A DNA stretch of 64,000 bases from a virus (Duplodnaviria; Caudoviricetes), in IMG/VR virus record IMGVR_UViG_3300023213_000432, positions 263,424-327,423 of that record. One strand, given 5' to 3'. Both the position numbers and the translations under genes were made by a program. Every line of letters starts with the position of its first letter. Within the stretch, counting starts at the first letter, position 1. A model generated the notes under the pieces. It worked only from the letters and a program-made list of their open reading frames with translations. It searched no databases and was not told the DNA's origin. Shown piece by piece: positions 29,674 through 38,795 of the stretch.

Positions 29674-30434
29674 TTAAACGCTTTCAAGAAGTGGTGCCTA
29701 ACAAATTGTATCGCGGAGGATCCCCTTCTCCTAAAGATGTGGAACGGTTGCATAAGGAATATGGGATCACAAAAATCGTTAGCTTAGATCGTGTTTCGGG
29801 GGAGAAAATTGCCAAAACAACCAAACTGCTGGGAATTGAGCATGTCATGATCCCAATTGATGGAAGCCGAAATTCTTTAATCAACTTTTTGAACCATGAT
29901 TTGAAGAAATTATTTTTGGAAGGTGGTCCAACTTTTGTCCATTGTTATGAAGGAAAAGATAGAACCGGATTAGCAATAGCTTTAGTTAAATGTAAATATT
30001 TAGGAATGGATCCTGAAAATGCTCTCAACGAGGCTAAATCTCTTGGGTTCGGTGTTGGTGTTCATGTCAAGGTAGTTCATCTTTTTGAAAAAATTATTCG
30101 AAATTGCAAACCCAAGGATATTAATGAGGCTGATATAGTATCCAATGAACGAGAATACATTAGCGATAATCGTAGCACTTTTTTAGATGAAGGGCATCAA
30201 GGTTCTTTTTCCCCTTATTTAAGCAAAACTCGTCAATGGCCTGCTGATCCTGTTTATTTTGATATTCAAGATCAGTCTCCCACCAGAGAGAATTATCAAC
30301 AAGATTGGGCCGATAAAAAGAAACAAAAAATGGACGAAAGAAGTGAAGTGCCAATGGTAGGACAATATAATAATAATGCAGGTGGATATGGATGGGGGCC
30401 AGCTATTAATCCCGGAGGCTTTATCTATGATTGA
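29670..30434 (+). CDS. Cys-based protein tyrosine/dual-specificity phosphatase
   Basis: LYRGGSP and P-loop FVHCYEGKDRTG (HCxxGxDRTG). Confidence 0.88.
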   Translation: MIKRFQEVVPNKLYRGGSPSPKDVERLHKEYGITKIVSLDRVSGEKIAKTTKLLGIEHVMIPIDGSRNSLINFLNHDLKKLFLEGGPTFVHCYEGKDRTGLAIALVKCKYLGMDPENALNEAKSLGFGVGVHVKVVHLFEKIIRNCKPKDINEADIVSNEREYISDNRSTFLDEGHQGSFSPYLSKTRQWPADPVYFDIQDQSPTRENYQQDWADKKKQKMDERSEVPMVGQYNNNAGGYGWGPAINPGGFIYD

Positions 30435-31107
30435 AAACACATTATTTTACAAAATCATGATCAAAAAAGCCTACATCACCAGTCTTACATATGATGTGTC
30501 CGATGCGGAGAAAATCCAGGCAGAAAAGGCTCTGATCTGTTTTAATTACGTTATTAAGTTGCTTGATATGGCATCCCAACATCTTAACATCATGTTAACT
30601 CCATTCAAAGAAAATCCAGACATCAACCCCAATGAAGTATTAAAAGCTCGGGCCGCTATTAGACGTTTTCGCGATAAGTCTGTGGAGAATTTCAATGAGT
30701 TCAAAATTGCAGCTTTTCGTTGTGTTAATGTGATGCAAATGTTTGCGTCCGATACTCAAACTGTCAAAGTAATGAAGTCGTTTATATCTTCCATTGATGA
30801 ATTAGAAGGAAAAGTCAATGATTTCGTAGATCTTTTTTCTGATTTGGATTCCAAAACTTTCGCTAAAGATGTGGTTGGAGCTATTGAAGCAATTCAAACA
30901 CAATGTGAAGAAATTGAAGAAATTGTAAAGGAAAGAATTGAGGCTCATATTCAATCCAATATTCTAGCTAAAAGTTGGGTGGATGCTGTGAGTAGTGAAT
31001 TGCAAATGAAGATTGAGAAGCAAACACCTCTAATTTTAGATCTTTTTAATAAGCGAGAAGAACAATTGCAAGATGTTATACGCGAACGTACCACTGAACG
31101 AGTTTGA
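30427..31107 (+). CDS. Hypothetical helical protein
   Basis: Start at ATG 30427 or 30457 (MIKKAY). Confidence 0.7.
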   Translation: MIENTLFYKIMIKKAYITSLTYDVSDAEKIQAEKALICFNYVIKLLDMASQHLNIMLTPFKENPDINPNEVLKARAAIRRFRDKSVENFNEFKIAAFRCVNVMQMFASDTQTVKVMKSFISSIDELEGKVNDFVDLFSDLDSKTFAKDVVGAIEAIQTQCEEIEEIVKERIEAHIQSNILAKSWVDAVSSELQMKIEKQTPLILDLFNKREEQLQDVIRERTTERV

Positions 31108-31184
31108 CCTAACTATGGCCATATTGTTGTATTTGACGGCATAATTGGGTATTTTGATTGAGAGCTAGTTTTTCGGAGATAATA

Positions 31185-31334
31185 ATGTTTGTGAAATATG
31201 CAGATGGGCAAATCGTATCAGTTCTTGATGAAAAAGAATTGACGGAAGAGCAAAAAAAGACCGCCGAAGCTATGACAGCTAAATCCACCGAAAAGACAAA
31301 AGAAGTGGAAACAAATCCCACGGAGAAAAACTAA
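31185..31334 (+). CDS. Small 49-aa protein missed by the ORF track
   Basis: MFVKYADGQIVSVLDEKELTEEQKKTAEA...; GGAG RBS, motif at 31141, TAATG overlap with gene 31334. Confidence 0.7.
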   Translation: MFVKYADGQIVSVLDEKELTEEQKKTAEAMTAKSTEKTKEVETNPTEKN

Positions 31335-34300
31335 TGTCGTTTATCAAGCTTGGTGAAGCAATTGAGATTAATAGAATTGAAAATGCGGAATCTTGCCTTC
31401 CCGCTTTAGATCCTCAAATTTTAGAAAATTTCAAAAAAATGGCAGCTAATCTTCGAAAGGTAGCGCCTCGAGCTGAAGATTTTCTCTACTTTTCAGCTGC
31501 TATTATTCATGCGGCAGAAGCGTCAGCTATCAATGATGATGGCACTCCTAAACTTACCATTAGAGGCGAACCAGTGCAAGTTGGATGGGACACGTCTGGT
31601 GGAACTTGGCGCTGGACAAGTAATGATCCTAATATCAAACCATATAAAAATAATAATTGTCTAGTCGCAGGAACTAAAATTCTGATGAGTGACGGCTCTA
31701 TTAAAAATATTGAAAATATCGTCGTAGGAGATGAAGTTATTACTCATACCGGTGTCGTTAAGAAAGTTCTTGAAGTTTCTCGACGCCCCTATAATGGTAA
31801 GTTACTTGCATTCAAAATCAAAAATAACGAAAAAATATTCTGCACACCGGAACACCCCTTTTATCATGTTAATTTGGATGGATTTTATAGTAAAGGGCTC
31901 AAGGTTCTATCTGAACGAAAAAAGAACAATGAAAATTTTCGTACTACATTCAAATTTTCTGAAGCGAACAAATTATCTGTTGGCGACCTTTTGGTATCAC
32001 CAGTTTTGCATCAAAAAACCGAGACAGATACCATCAATCCTAATAAAGCTAAATTATTAGGCATTTTTGCAGCCGAAGGATCATTTACCAAAAAATATGA
32101 CAAACGACAAGGTATTAAATTCACGCTTGGTATTGATGAAGTGCGAACCGCCCAAAACATCAAAGAAGTGTTTGAAGAGGAGTTTCCAGAATGTTCTGTC
32201 AGAGTTCTTCCAGAACCAGAGCGCTCTGTAATTTCAGTAAGTGCCACTGGAGCGAATATTGCTGAATATTTCTTTTATCATATTGGTGAATATTCGCATG
32301 AAAAAATTCTAAGTAAAGAACTTGTGTTTGCTCCTGATGATTGCAAAAAGGCATTTTTGTCAGGATACATTGATGGAGACGGATGTTTAACTGATTACAA
32401 CAAACTAATTGTAATTACAGTGTCGCCTCATTTGGCTTATCAAACGAGAACCATGCTTAATGCTATGGGAGTTGGATCATCTCTAAGAAAAAAAGATAAA
32501 TGCAAACGTAAAATTAATGAAAAATATAGAGAATATGATTGTCGGGAACATTATAGGATCGAAATTTACGGGAATGCTTATAAAACCCTTGAACTTGAAA
32601 AATATACTAATAAGTATAAGTTCGGACAATATAATCACAAAATATTTTCTAACTTTGAAAAAGACTTTTGCTTACATGCAATTACTGCAATTGAAGAGCA
32701 AGATTTTGTAGGAGATGTCTTTAATTTTGAGGTAGAGGACGATCATTCCTATGTTGCGAATGGTATTGTCAGTCATAACTGTGATATATTCCCAGAACAG
32801 GAATTAGTTAAAGCATATAAAAAGTGGATTGGCAAGCCACTCTGCATCGACCACAAATCATCCTCAGTAGATCATACCCGAGGCTTTATTGTAGATACTT
32901 ATTATGATCGTGTGCTAAAACGTGTTATTGCCTTATGTGCTCTAGATAAAGTTAATTATCCGGAATTGGCTCGAAAAGTGGGCACCGGAATGCAAACTGC
33001 TTGTTCTATGGGCACGGCAGTTGGTAGGGCTATTTGCACTGATTGTGGTAGGGTAGCGCGAGCCGAACAAGATTTTTGTGATCATATGCGCCGCAAAACC
33101 TGTTACGGGGAAATCAATATCGACCTCAATCCCATTGAATTATCCATTGTTATTAATGGAGCCGATCCTAAGGCGCACATCAAACATATCATTGCGGCCG
33201 CTAATACTCTTAATACCTACGTTGAGAATAAAGCTAAAGAACTCAATAAGTTAGCCGATCTGGTTTTTTCGGCTAACCTTTCAGTTAATGATTCCAAAAC
33301 GCTTGAAGGCAACAAAACTGCTTCTTTTACAGTACAGGCTAATGATATTGAACAGTTCAAAACTGATTTGGATGAGGCATTTCAAAAGTTAAGTGAAATA
33401 AATGCCTCCGCAAAAATTTCTCCTAAAGATACTAATGATCTCGCATTTAACCAATCGTCAGGCACTGTTGCAATGGATGAAGGAGCAGTGTCGGGAAATG
33501 ATGATTCTGGATTGTCTCCTCCTCATGCGAGATTTGCTTCCATTGAAGAGGACACTATCGCAAGCCTTCGTGAAGTCACTGCGGCTATTGAAGCCAAACT
33601 GAATCAAATGAAGCAGAGTTTAGATAAATTGGTCACTCGTAGCCCTAAAGTGCGAGATTCTCAACCAAACACATACGAGGAAACAATGTCTGGATCAAAC
33701 GATATGAATAAGCAAGCTTACTTTCAAGGAACCGAGGAACCAACTCCCGGTCAGCCCAAGTATCCCAAAGATCCTACTCAAGAGAAATTGCGTGAGCATG
33801 AGGATAAACACATGGTTGGACAGACTCCATTTCCAAGTGTAGGTCCAGTGGATGGAATGCATCCCAGCCCAGAATCAGCTGAGCCTTCCGATGAATTAGA
33901 GCGTAAAAAGATGTTAGCTCGAGCTGAAGCGGAAGAACGCCGTCTGAAGAGAGCCGCTATTGTGGAACAAGTTAAAAAGTCTTTGGAAGAAAAGAAAGCA
34001 TACTATCAGGGTGGCGGTGGCGTTAATGAACCAGCTCCTCACAAAGTTAAGTATCCTAAAGATGGTCTTCAAGAAGATGTCCGAGATCATGAGGATAAAC
34101 AAATGGTAGGTCAGAAACCATTCCCCGGCGTCGGTCCAGTGGATGGTATGCATCCAAGTCCTGACTCCGCTGAACCTTCCGATGAATTGAAACGTAAGCA
34201 AATGTTACAACGCGCTTCTTTGCGTGCTCGTTTTGTTAAAGCTGCTAATGAAGACGGTAGTCAGAATTTAGGTAAGAGTGCTTGGGAAGTATTTCTTGGA

Positions 34301-36031
34301 GACAAGTTATTGCTGACAGCTTCCGTGGAAGATCTTTCCGGCGGACGTTCTGAGATGATGTATGACTCCATTGCTACCAAAGATTTTGGAGCTAAACTAA
34401 TTGATAAAGTTAAAACGCAAGGATCAGAAAAAGTAGCTGCTCTTTACAAGAGTGCTCAGGCTCTTCCTCCAGCTCCGGAATTGCCCGTTCCTCCAGCTGA
34501 AGCCCCTATGTCCGAAGATACTGGTAAAGAAGGAGATCCCAAAGCTACCGCAGTTGAACTAGTTGAAAAAGTTCGCGATCTTGTCTCTGACTTAGTAGAG
34601 GCGGTTCGGGCTCTGACTGGCGAGCAAGCCGAAATGGGTGAGATGGCTCCAGAAATGGGAGCTGCAGCTTCCGATGAAGCATTCGGTACCAATACTCTCA
34701 ATACTTTCCGTAAGGAATTGAATGGATCTTTGACTCAAGCCATGAATGAAACCATTTCTGAACTCAAAGATCATCAGCAAGAATTGGAGATCATTGCAGG
34801 ACTTTTTGACAAGGGCGGCGTTAATGATTCGAATAAAGACGTCGTAGCTCCTGTGATTGAAGATGCTTTTAATGAAACCAAGACTGCAGTGGCTGATGGG
34901 TTTAAGCTAATGACTGCCTTTATCAAGTATGCTCGTGGCACCAATGCTATCGTTAAACGGGCAGAAATGGAAGCAGAACTTGCGGCACTAGCCAAGGGAG
35001 ACGATACAATGACCACGGAAAAAGATAGTCATTCCAACGATGACTTGATGAGCCTAATTCAAGACACCAATGCTGATTTGGATGCGGTGCATGCTTTGAT
35101 GGTGGATGACAATGCTCATCATGACAGCGACACAGAAAGCGATTCTACTATGGATGCAGATGTAGAAGCGGCTGCTGCGGACGCTAATGATTTAATGGCT
35201 AAACCAGAAGAATTGAAAGATCTTCAAGTTAAACCCGGAACTGAGGTTAAAGTAGTTGCTTCTATCGATTATGATACCAAAGAAAGTCGGGCTGCTCTTC
35301 GAGCCAAATTAGCTGCCGATGCTCTTGGTAAGCAAGATGATGGGCAAATTCATGACATGTCCAAAGAAAAGTTTAGTGACATGCTGGATCATGCAAATCG
35401 TTTAACTGATGGGCAAACTCATTTAGACGTCAAACCATCGGATCATCTTGGGTTAGTAGAAACTCTTCCAGAAGTCAATAAGGAAATGATGGATGTTGCC
35501 AAAGCTCCACCTAAGGTTCGTAAAGATGCGGAAGCCATTCAAAAGATGGTATCGGAAGGAAACTTGGATCCCAAGGATGTAGATGAATTGGTTGCCCATG
35601 GACTGGATAAAGATGCCGTTGCTTATTGGAAGAAATATTACGGACAAATCGAAGGTGGATCCGAATTCGCCAGCGAACTAGTAAAAGAACATGCTAAGGC
35701 TAAGCTAGAAGAAGAACTTAACAAGTTTAAAGTCAAGATGGGCCGTGCTTATGAATTGGCTTACGATATGGTAGAACGAGGTCTTTGCCATTCTGATCGA
35801 ACTGCTGTTTCTGCTCAAGTGGAAGAAATCATGAATTTTGATGACACTAATTTCCAGACTTTGAAGAATGTGGTAGCACGTCATACTCCAATCCACAAGT
35901 CAGCGGGACGAATGCCACAAGTGAGCGGAATGGTTGATCTTGATGAGGTTAAATCATCTTCTCAAGTTGAAGGAAGCTTACAAGAACAATTGTCGGCAGC
36001 CTTCTCCAAAACCTCCAAACGAATGTTTTAA
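31334..36031 (+). CDS. Putative prohead maturation protease fused to scaffold-like domains, with intein
   Basis: After splicing reads KNNNCDIFPEQELVKAYKKWIGKPLCIDH..SMG..ELSIV (His/Ser motifs as in phage prohead protease-like domains). Long acidic coiled-coil C-half; lies between portal and capsid genes. Confidence 0.7.
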   Translation: MSFIKLGEAIEINRIENAESCLPALDPQILENFKKMAANLRKVAPRAEDFLYFSAAIIHAAEASAINDDGTPKLTIRGEPVQVGWDTSGGTWRWTSNDPNIKPYKNNNCLVAGTKILMSDGSIKNIENIVVGDEVITHTGVVKKVLEVSRRPYNGKLLAFKIKNNEKIFCTPEHPFYHVNLDGFYSKGLKVLSERKKNNENFRTTFKFSEANKLSVGDLLVSPVLHQKTETDTINPNKAKLLGIFAAEGSFTKKYDKRQGIKFTLGIDEVRTAQNIKEVFEEEFPECSVRVLPEPERSVISVSATGANIAEYFFYHIGEYSHEKILSKELVFAPDDCKKAFLSGYIDGDGCLTDYNKLIVITVSPHLAYQTRTMLNAMGVGSSLRKKDKCKRKINEKYREYDCREHYRIEIYGNAYKTLELEKYTNKYKFGQYNHKIFSNFEKDFCLHAITAIEEQDFVGDVFNFEVEDDHSYVANGIVSHNCDIFPEQELVKAYKKWIGKPLCIDHKSSSVDHTRGFIVDTYYDRVLKRVIALCALDKVNYPELARKVGTGMQTACSMGTAVGRAICTDCGRVARAEQDFCDHMRRKTCYGEINIDLNPIELSIVINGADPKAHIKHIIAAANTLNTYVENKAKELNKLADLVFSANLSVNDSKTLEGNKTASFTVQANDIEQFKTDLDEAFQKLSEINASAKISPKDTNDLAFNQSSGTVAMDEGAVSGNDDSGLSPPHARFASIEEDTIASLREVTAAIEAKLNQMKQSLDKLVTRSPKVRDSQPNTYEETMSGSNDMNKQAYFQGTEEPTPGQPKYPKDPTQEKLREHEDKHMVGQTPFPSVGPVDGMHPSPESAEPSDELERKKMLARAEAEERRLKRAAIVEQVKKSLEEKKAYYQGGGGVNEPAPHKVKYPKDGLQEDVRDHEDKQMVGQKPFPGVGPVDGMHPSPDSAEPSDELKRKQMLQRASLRARFVKAANEDGSQNLGKSAWEVFLGDKLLLTASVEDLSGGRSEMMYDSIATKDFGAKLIDKVKTQGSEKVAALYKSAQALPPAPELPVPPAEAPMSEDTGKEGDPKATAVELVEKVRDLVSDLVEAVRALTGEQAEMGEMAPEMGAAASDEAFGTNTLNTFRKELNGSLTQAMNETISELKDHQQELEIIAGLFDKGGVNDSNKDVVAPVIEDAFNETKTAVADGFKLMTAFIKYARGTNAIVKRAEMEAELAALAKGDDTMTTEKDSHSNDDLMSLIQDTNADLDAVHALMVDDNAHHDSDTESDSTMDADVEAAAADANDLMAKPEELKDLQVKPGTEVKVVASIDYDTKESRAALRAKLAADALGKQDDGQIHDMSKEKFSDMLDHANRLTDGQTHLDVKPSDHLGLVETLPEVNKEMMDVAKAPPKVRKDAEAIQKMVSEGNLDPKDVDELVAHGLDKDAVAYWKKYYGQIEGGSEFASELVKEHAKAKLEEELNKFKVKMGRAYELAYDMVERGLCHSDRTAVSAQVEEIMNFDDTNFQTLKNVVARHTPIHKSAGRMPQVSGMVDLDEVKSSSQVEGSLQEQLSAAFSKTSKRMF
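31658..32779 (+). mobile_element. Intein (374 aa) with LAGLIDADG endonuclease
   Basis: N|CLVAGTKILMSDG start; LLGIFAAEG and FLSGYIDGDG; FNFEVEDDHSYVANGIVSHN|C end. Confidence 0.93.
33710..34216 (+). repeat. Internal tandem protein repeat (two copies) in the protease/scaffold gene
   Basis: KxA-Y[FY]QG..KYPKD..[RE]HEDKxMVGQxPFPxVGPVDGMHPSPxSAEPSDELxRKxML-x-RA occurs twice. Confidence 0.9.
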
Positions 36032-36045
36032 TCACCGAGGATATC

Positions 36046-36636
36046 ATGAGAAACCAAAGCGTATCAGATTTTGTAGCTACTACGATGGATGCAATTCTTA
36101 AGAGCGATCAACATAAAGCTCTTTTTGACACCCAATATAAAGTTGCTTCGGACAATAATGCTGCTAAGAGCAAAGACAGTAAAGAGAGCAAAACAGATTC
36201 TTCTTGCGCCGACGATAATGAAGCTAAGAAAAAATCAACCAAGGAAACAGATTCTTCTTGTGCGGATGACAACGAGGCAAAAAAGAAATCAACCAAGGAA
36301 ACATCCGATACCTCCAGTGCGGATGATAATGCTGCTAAAACCTCCAAAACTGACACCGACACCTCTTCTGCGGATGATGAAGATCTAAAATCTTCGGCTG
36401 CTTTTGATGTTGCAATTGATAGTCTTTTGACTGCTTCGGCCGCTCTAGATACGGTAGGCTTGGAAAGAAGCGCCTCTGTTAGTTTGAAGCTTGCTTCTCT
36501 GGTCGTGGAAGCCAAGAAAAAGAAGGAAGACAAAAAGAAGAAAAGCAAGAAGGAATCTAAAAAAGAATCCAAGAAGGATACCAAAAAGACCGAGAAAAAA
36601 GAGACTAAGAAAAACGATTCTAAGTCTAAGAAATAA
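36046..36636 (+). CDS. Lys/Ser/Asp-rich low-complexity putative internal head protein
   Basis: SxADD repeats and poly-Lys C-terminus; GAGGA RBS. Confidence 0.75.
   Translation: MRNQSVSDFVATTMDAILKSDQHKALFDTQYKVASDNNAAKSKDSKESKTDSSCADDNEAKKKSTKETDSSCADDNEAKKKSTKETSDTSSADDNAAKTSKTDTDTSSADDEDLKSSAAFDVAIDSLLTASAALDTVGLERSASVSLKLASLVVEAKKKKEDKKKKSKKESKKESKKDTKKTEKKETKKNDSKSKK
36193..36380 (+). repeat. 54-bp coding tandem repeat (TDSSCADDNEAKKKSTKE twice) plus two degenerate SSADD units
   Basis: 36193-36246 and 36247-36300 encode identical peptides with synonymous differences. Confidence 0.9.
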
Positions 36637-36643
36637 GACCGCC

Positions 36644-36868
36644 ATGTTTAAACGGGGCAACGTCGCTGATGAAGTTTGTTCTGCCATGGAAACGAAGTTA
36701 ATTTCTCTCCAATTGGAACAAAACCATGGATTTAATAAGTTAGCTAAAGTCGCTGATTTATTGAATGCCGCTGCCTCTCTTTTTGAGCAGGCGAATATGA
36801 TCGAAGAAGCCAAGGAAGTAGAGCAAGTAATGGAAAGCTTGGTTAACAATTTAGGAAACGTACCATGA
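36644..36868 (+). CDS. Small helical protein
   Basis: Likely start MFKRGN at 36644; helical-hairpin module; ATGA-coupled. Confidence 0.65.
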   Translation: MFKRGNVADEVCSAMETKLISLQLEQNHGFNKLAKVADLLNAAASLFEQANMIEEAKEVEQVMESLVNNLGNVP

Positions 36869-37272
36869 TAAAAAAGGCGCTGTTTGCTGACGAAATCATG
36901 ACAGGAATGGATCAAAAGTTGCGATCTGTGAAAGTAGAACAAGATGGAGAAGGTTTAACTCAAGCTACCAATTATTTGCATTCTGCTTTTAATATTTTAG
37001 AAGAATCGGGATTAAAGAAACAAGCGGAAGCGGTTACTCAAATTCTTAATAAAATAACTGCCAAACATAAAACTCCTGGCAAACCTAAACCCAACTATTA
37101 TATGAGGGGATTAACTCCTGAAAAGATGACGGAAAATTTAACGCATCATGGTTGGGTGTTTAATTTGGCAGATGATGCTCAAATTGATGATTTATTGAAT
37201 GCAGAAATTGGGGACGAGGAATTAGAAGTCTCTGAAAAGTCAGAAGATTTAGATTTTGAGGACGAAATTTAA
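36865..37272 (+). CDS. Hypothetical putative head protein
   Basis: MIKKAL start, helical-hairpin module, acidic tail. Confidence 0.7.
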   Translation: MIKKALFADEIMTGMDQKLRSVKVEQDGEGLTQATNYLHSAFNILEESGLKKQAEAVTQILNKITAKHKTPGKPKPNYYMRGLTPEKMTENLTHHGWVFNLADDAQIDDLLNAEIGDEELEVSEKSEDLDFEDEI

Positions 37273-38736
37273 TTATTGAGTTTGCCACTTAACGATTAAG
37301 TTATAACCATTAGATTTAAGTAGATTTTCTCGTTGAAGCGTTTCTTGATACATTTGCCCGAAGGGCTTTTTAGTATCTGCATTAATATTGTCGGGATTAT
37401 AAACTAACGGATTACCGTGCCAATAGTCGCCATAAAACTCATAAATAGTATTAGTGACGGGATCAAAACCATCAGCTTTTAATATTTTTGAGCCAATTCT
37501 GATTCGGTATTGTCTAAATTCTTTGGGAATACCTATTTGATCCAGCCATGCATTTTCTGATTTGGATGTTCCTGACCACCAAGAACATTCTGGACATCCT
37601 TGTTCAAGAGTTAATAGATTGCCCGGTCTTTTCCAAAACGAACCATGCTTTGAGCATATGATTTGCACTTTGGTTTGCATATTTTGATAATGTGCCAAAG
37701 AAACATCATAGTTCTTGTTTCCGTGAATTTCATTAAATCTTGTTATAAATTCTTCTTGAGAAAGAGTGCTTGTTCGCATCGGGACATTATGCTTGTGCAG
37801 TATCCCAAGAATAGTAGGTTTAGAGACATCATATTGTTCGGCGATTTCTTGAGCCGTTAACCCATCATCATATAATTTAGTAATGGTTTTTTCATCCTCC
37901 AGTGTAAAGTTTATTGGAATGAACTCCGTGTAAGAAAGGGAGGCTTTCCTATTCTTGAACGTTTGATATAAAAGAAATTTATTTGCAACATAAATAGTGG
38001 CATCTTGATAGAGCCAGTCAAGCACTTTTTCAACTTGGTTGTTACCTCCAACCGTTAATCTAGCAGTTGGGAGGATACCCCTTTTAGATTTGTTAGGTGA
38101 TTGAGAACAAGTAATATTTAAATGTTCTTTGAGGATATTTGCCACTTGCGAACAAAACATTTTTGGGGCAGTGATTCTCCAAATAGTGTTAGTGCTGTAT
38201 TTGTGTTTATTATCGATAATATTACCTTTGCCGTCGCTATAACCTCTTAGATAATGACGAATAAAGTGTTTTGGAACAGTATCGGGCACCACTAATTCAA
38301 ATGACCTTTGAGGTTTCCAGCCCAAAACAATTATTTGTTCGCAAATTTCCTTTCGATGGATACCGAGACGAACGCCATTTTTAACTGTAAGTAATGGAGA
38401 AGAGGGCGATATAATATCACGAAAATTTTTAATAATCGATTGATTTGTGGATTTGCCTTGTAGAATTATTGAATAAGTATTAATGATGCCATCAGCGCAC
38501 AATAATCCAAAGAAATAAGCCGATGCCTCTGAATTGATTTCTTTGAACAATTCAGTATTGACGTTTTGATATAAGATTTGTTTTCCGATTCTTGTCGGAA
38601 TATTATTTTTTCGGAGAATAGATGATATGGCACGCTGGCTGCATCCTAATTTTTGAGCAATTTCCCATTGATGTTTGCCTGTTTTATATTCGGAAATGGC
38701 AAAATTTAAATCATCTTGAGTGAAAACTTTAGACAC
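37273..38736 (-). CDS. Chimeric homing endonuclease: HTH, LAGLIDADG, HTH, Zn ribbon, Vsr-like domain
   Basis: YFFGLLCADG and YLRGYSDGKG; CSKHG..GCPEC; ADGF..IYEFYGDYWHGNP. Likely GTG start at 38736. Confidence 0.8.
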   Translation of the reverse strand: MSKVFTQDDLNFAISEYKTGKHQWEIAQKLGCSQRAISSILRKNNIPTRIGKQILYQNVNTELFKEINSEASAYFFGLLCADGIINTYSIILQGKSTNQSIIKNFRDIISPSSPLLTVKNGVRLGIHRKEICEQIIVLGWKPQRSFELVVPDTVPKHFIRHYLRGYSDGKGNIIDNKHKYSTNTIWRITAPKMFCSQVANILKEHLNITCSQSPNKSKRGILPTARLTVGGNNQVEKVLDWLYQDATIYVANKFLLYQTFKNRKASLSYTEFIPINFTLEDEKTITKLYDDGLTAQEIAEQYDVSKPTILGILHKHNVPMRTSTLSQEEFITRFNEIHGNKNYDVSLAHYQNMQTKVQIICSKHGSFWKRPGNLLTLEQGCPECSWWSGTSKSENAWLDQIGIPKEFRQYRIRIGSKILKADGFDPVTNTIYEFYGDYWHGNPLVYNPDNINADTKKPFGQMYQETLQRENLLKSNGYNLIVKWQTQ

Positions 38737-38795
38737 TGTGGATATATATCTGTAAAACCGCATAAGTTATAGGATTTTCAAGAAAGGACACCGTC

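Noticed and set aside
36193-36380. Possible CRISPR-like repeat
   Set aside because: No spacers; in-frame 54-bp units with synonymous variation show a protein repeat.
36108-36942. Ser/Leu/Phe-rich minus-strand ORFs
   Set aside because: Reverse-complement artefacts of the Lys-rich repeat gene.
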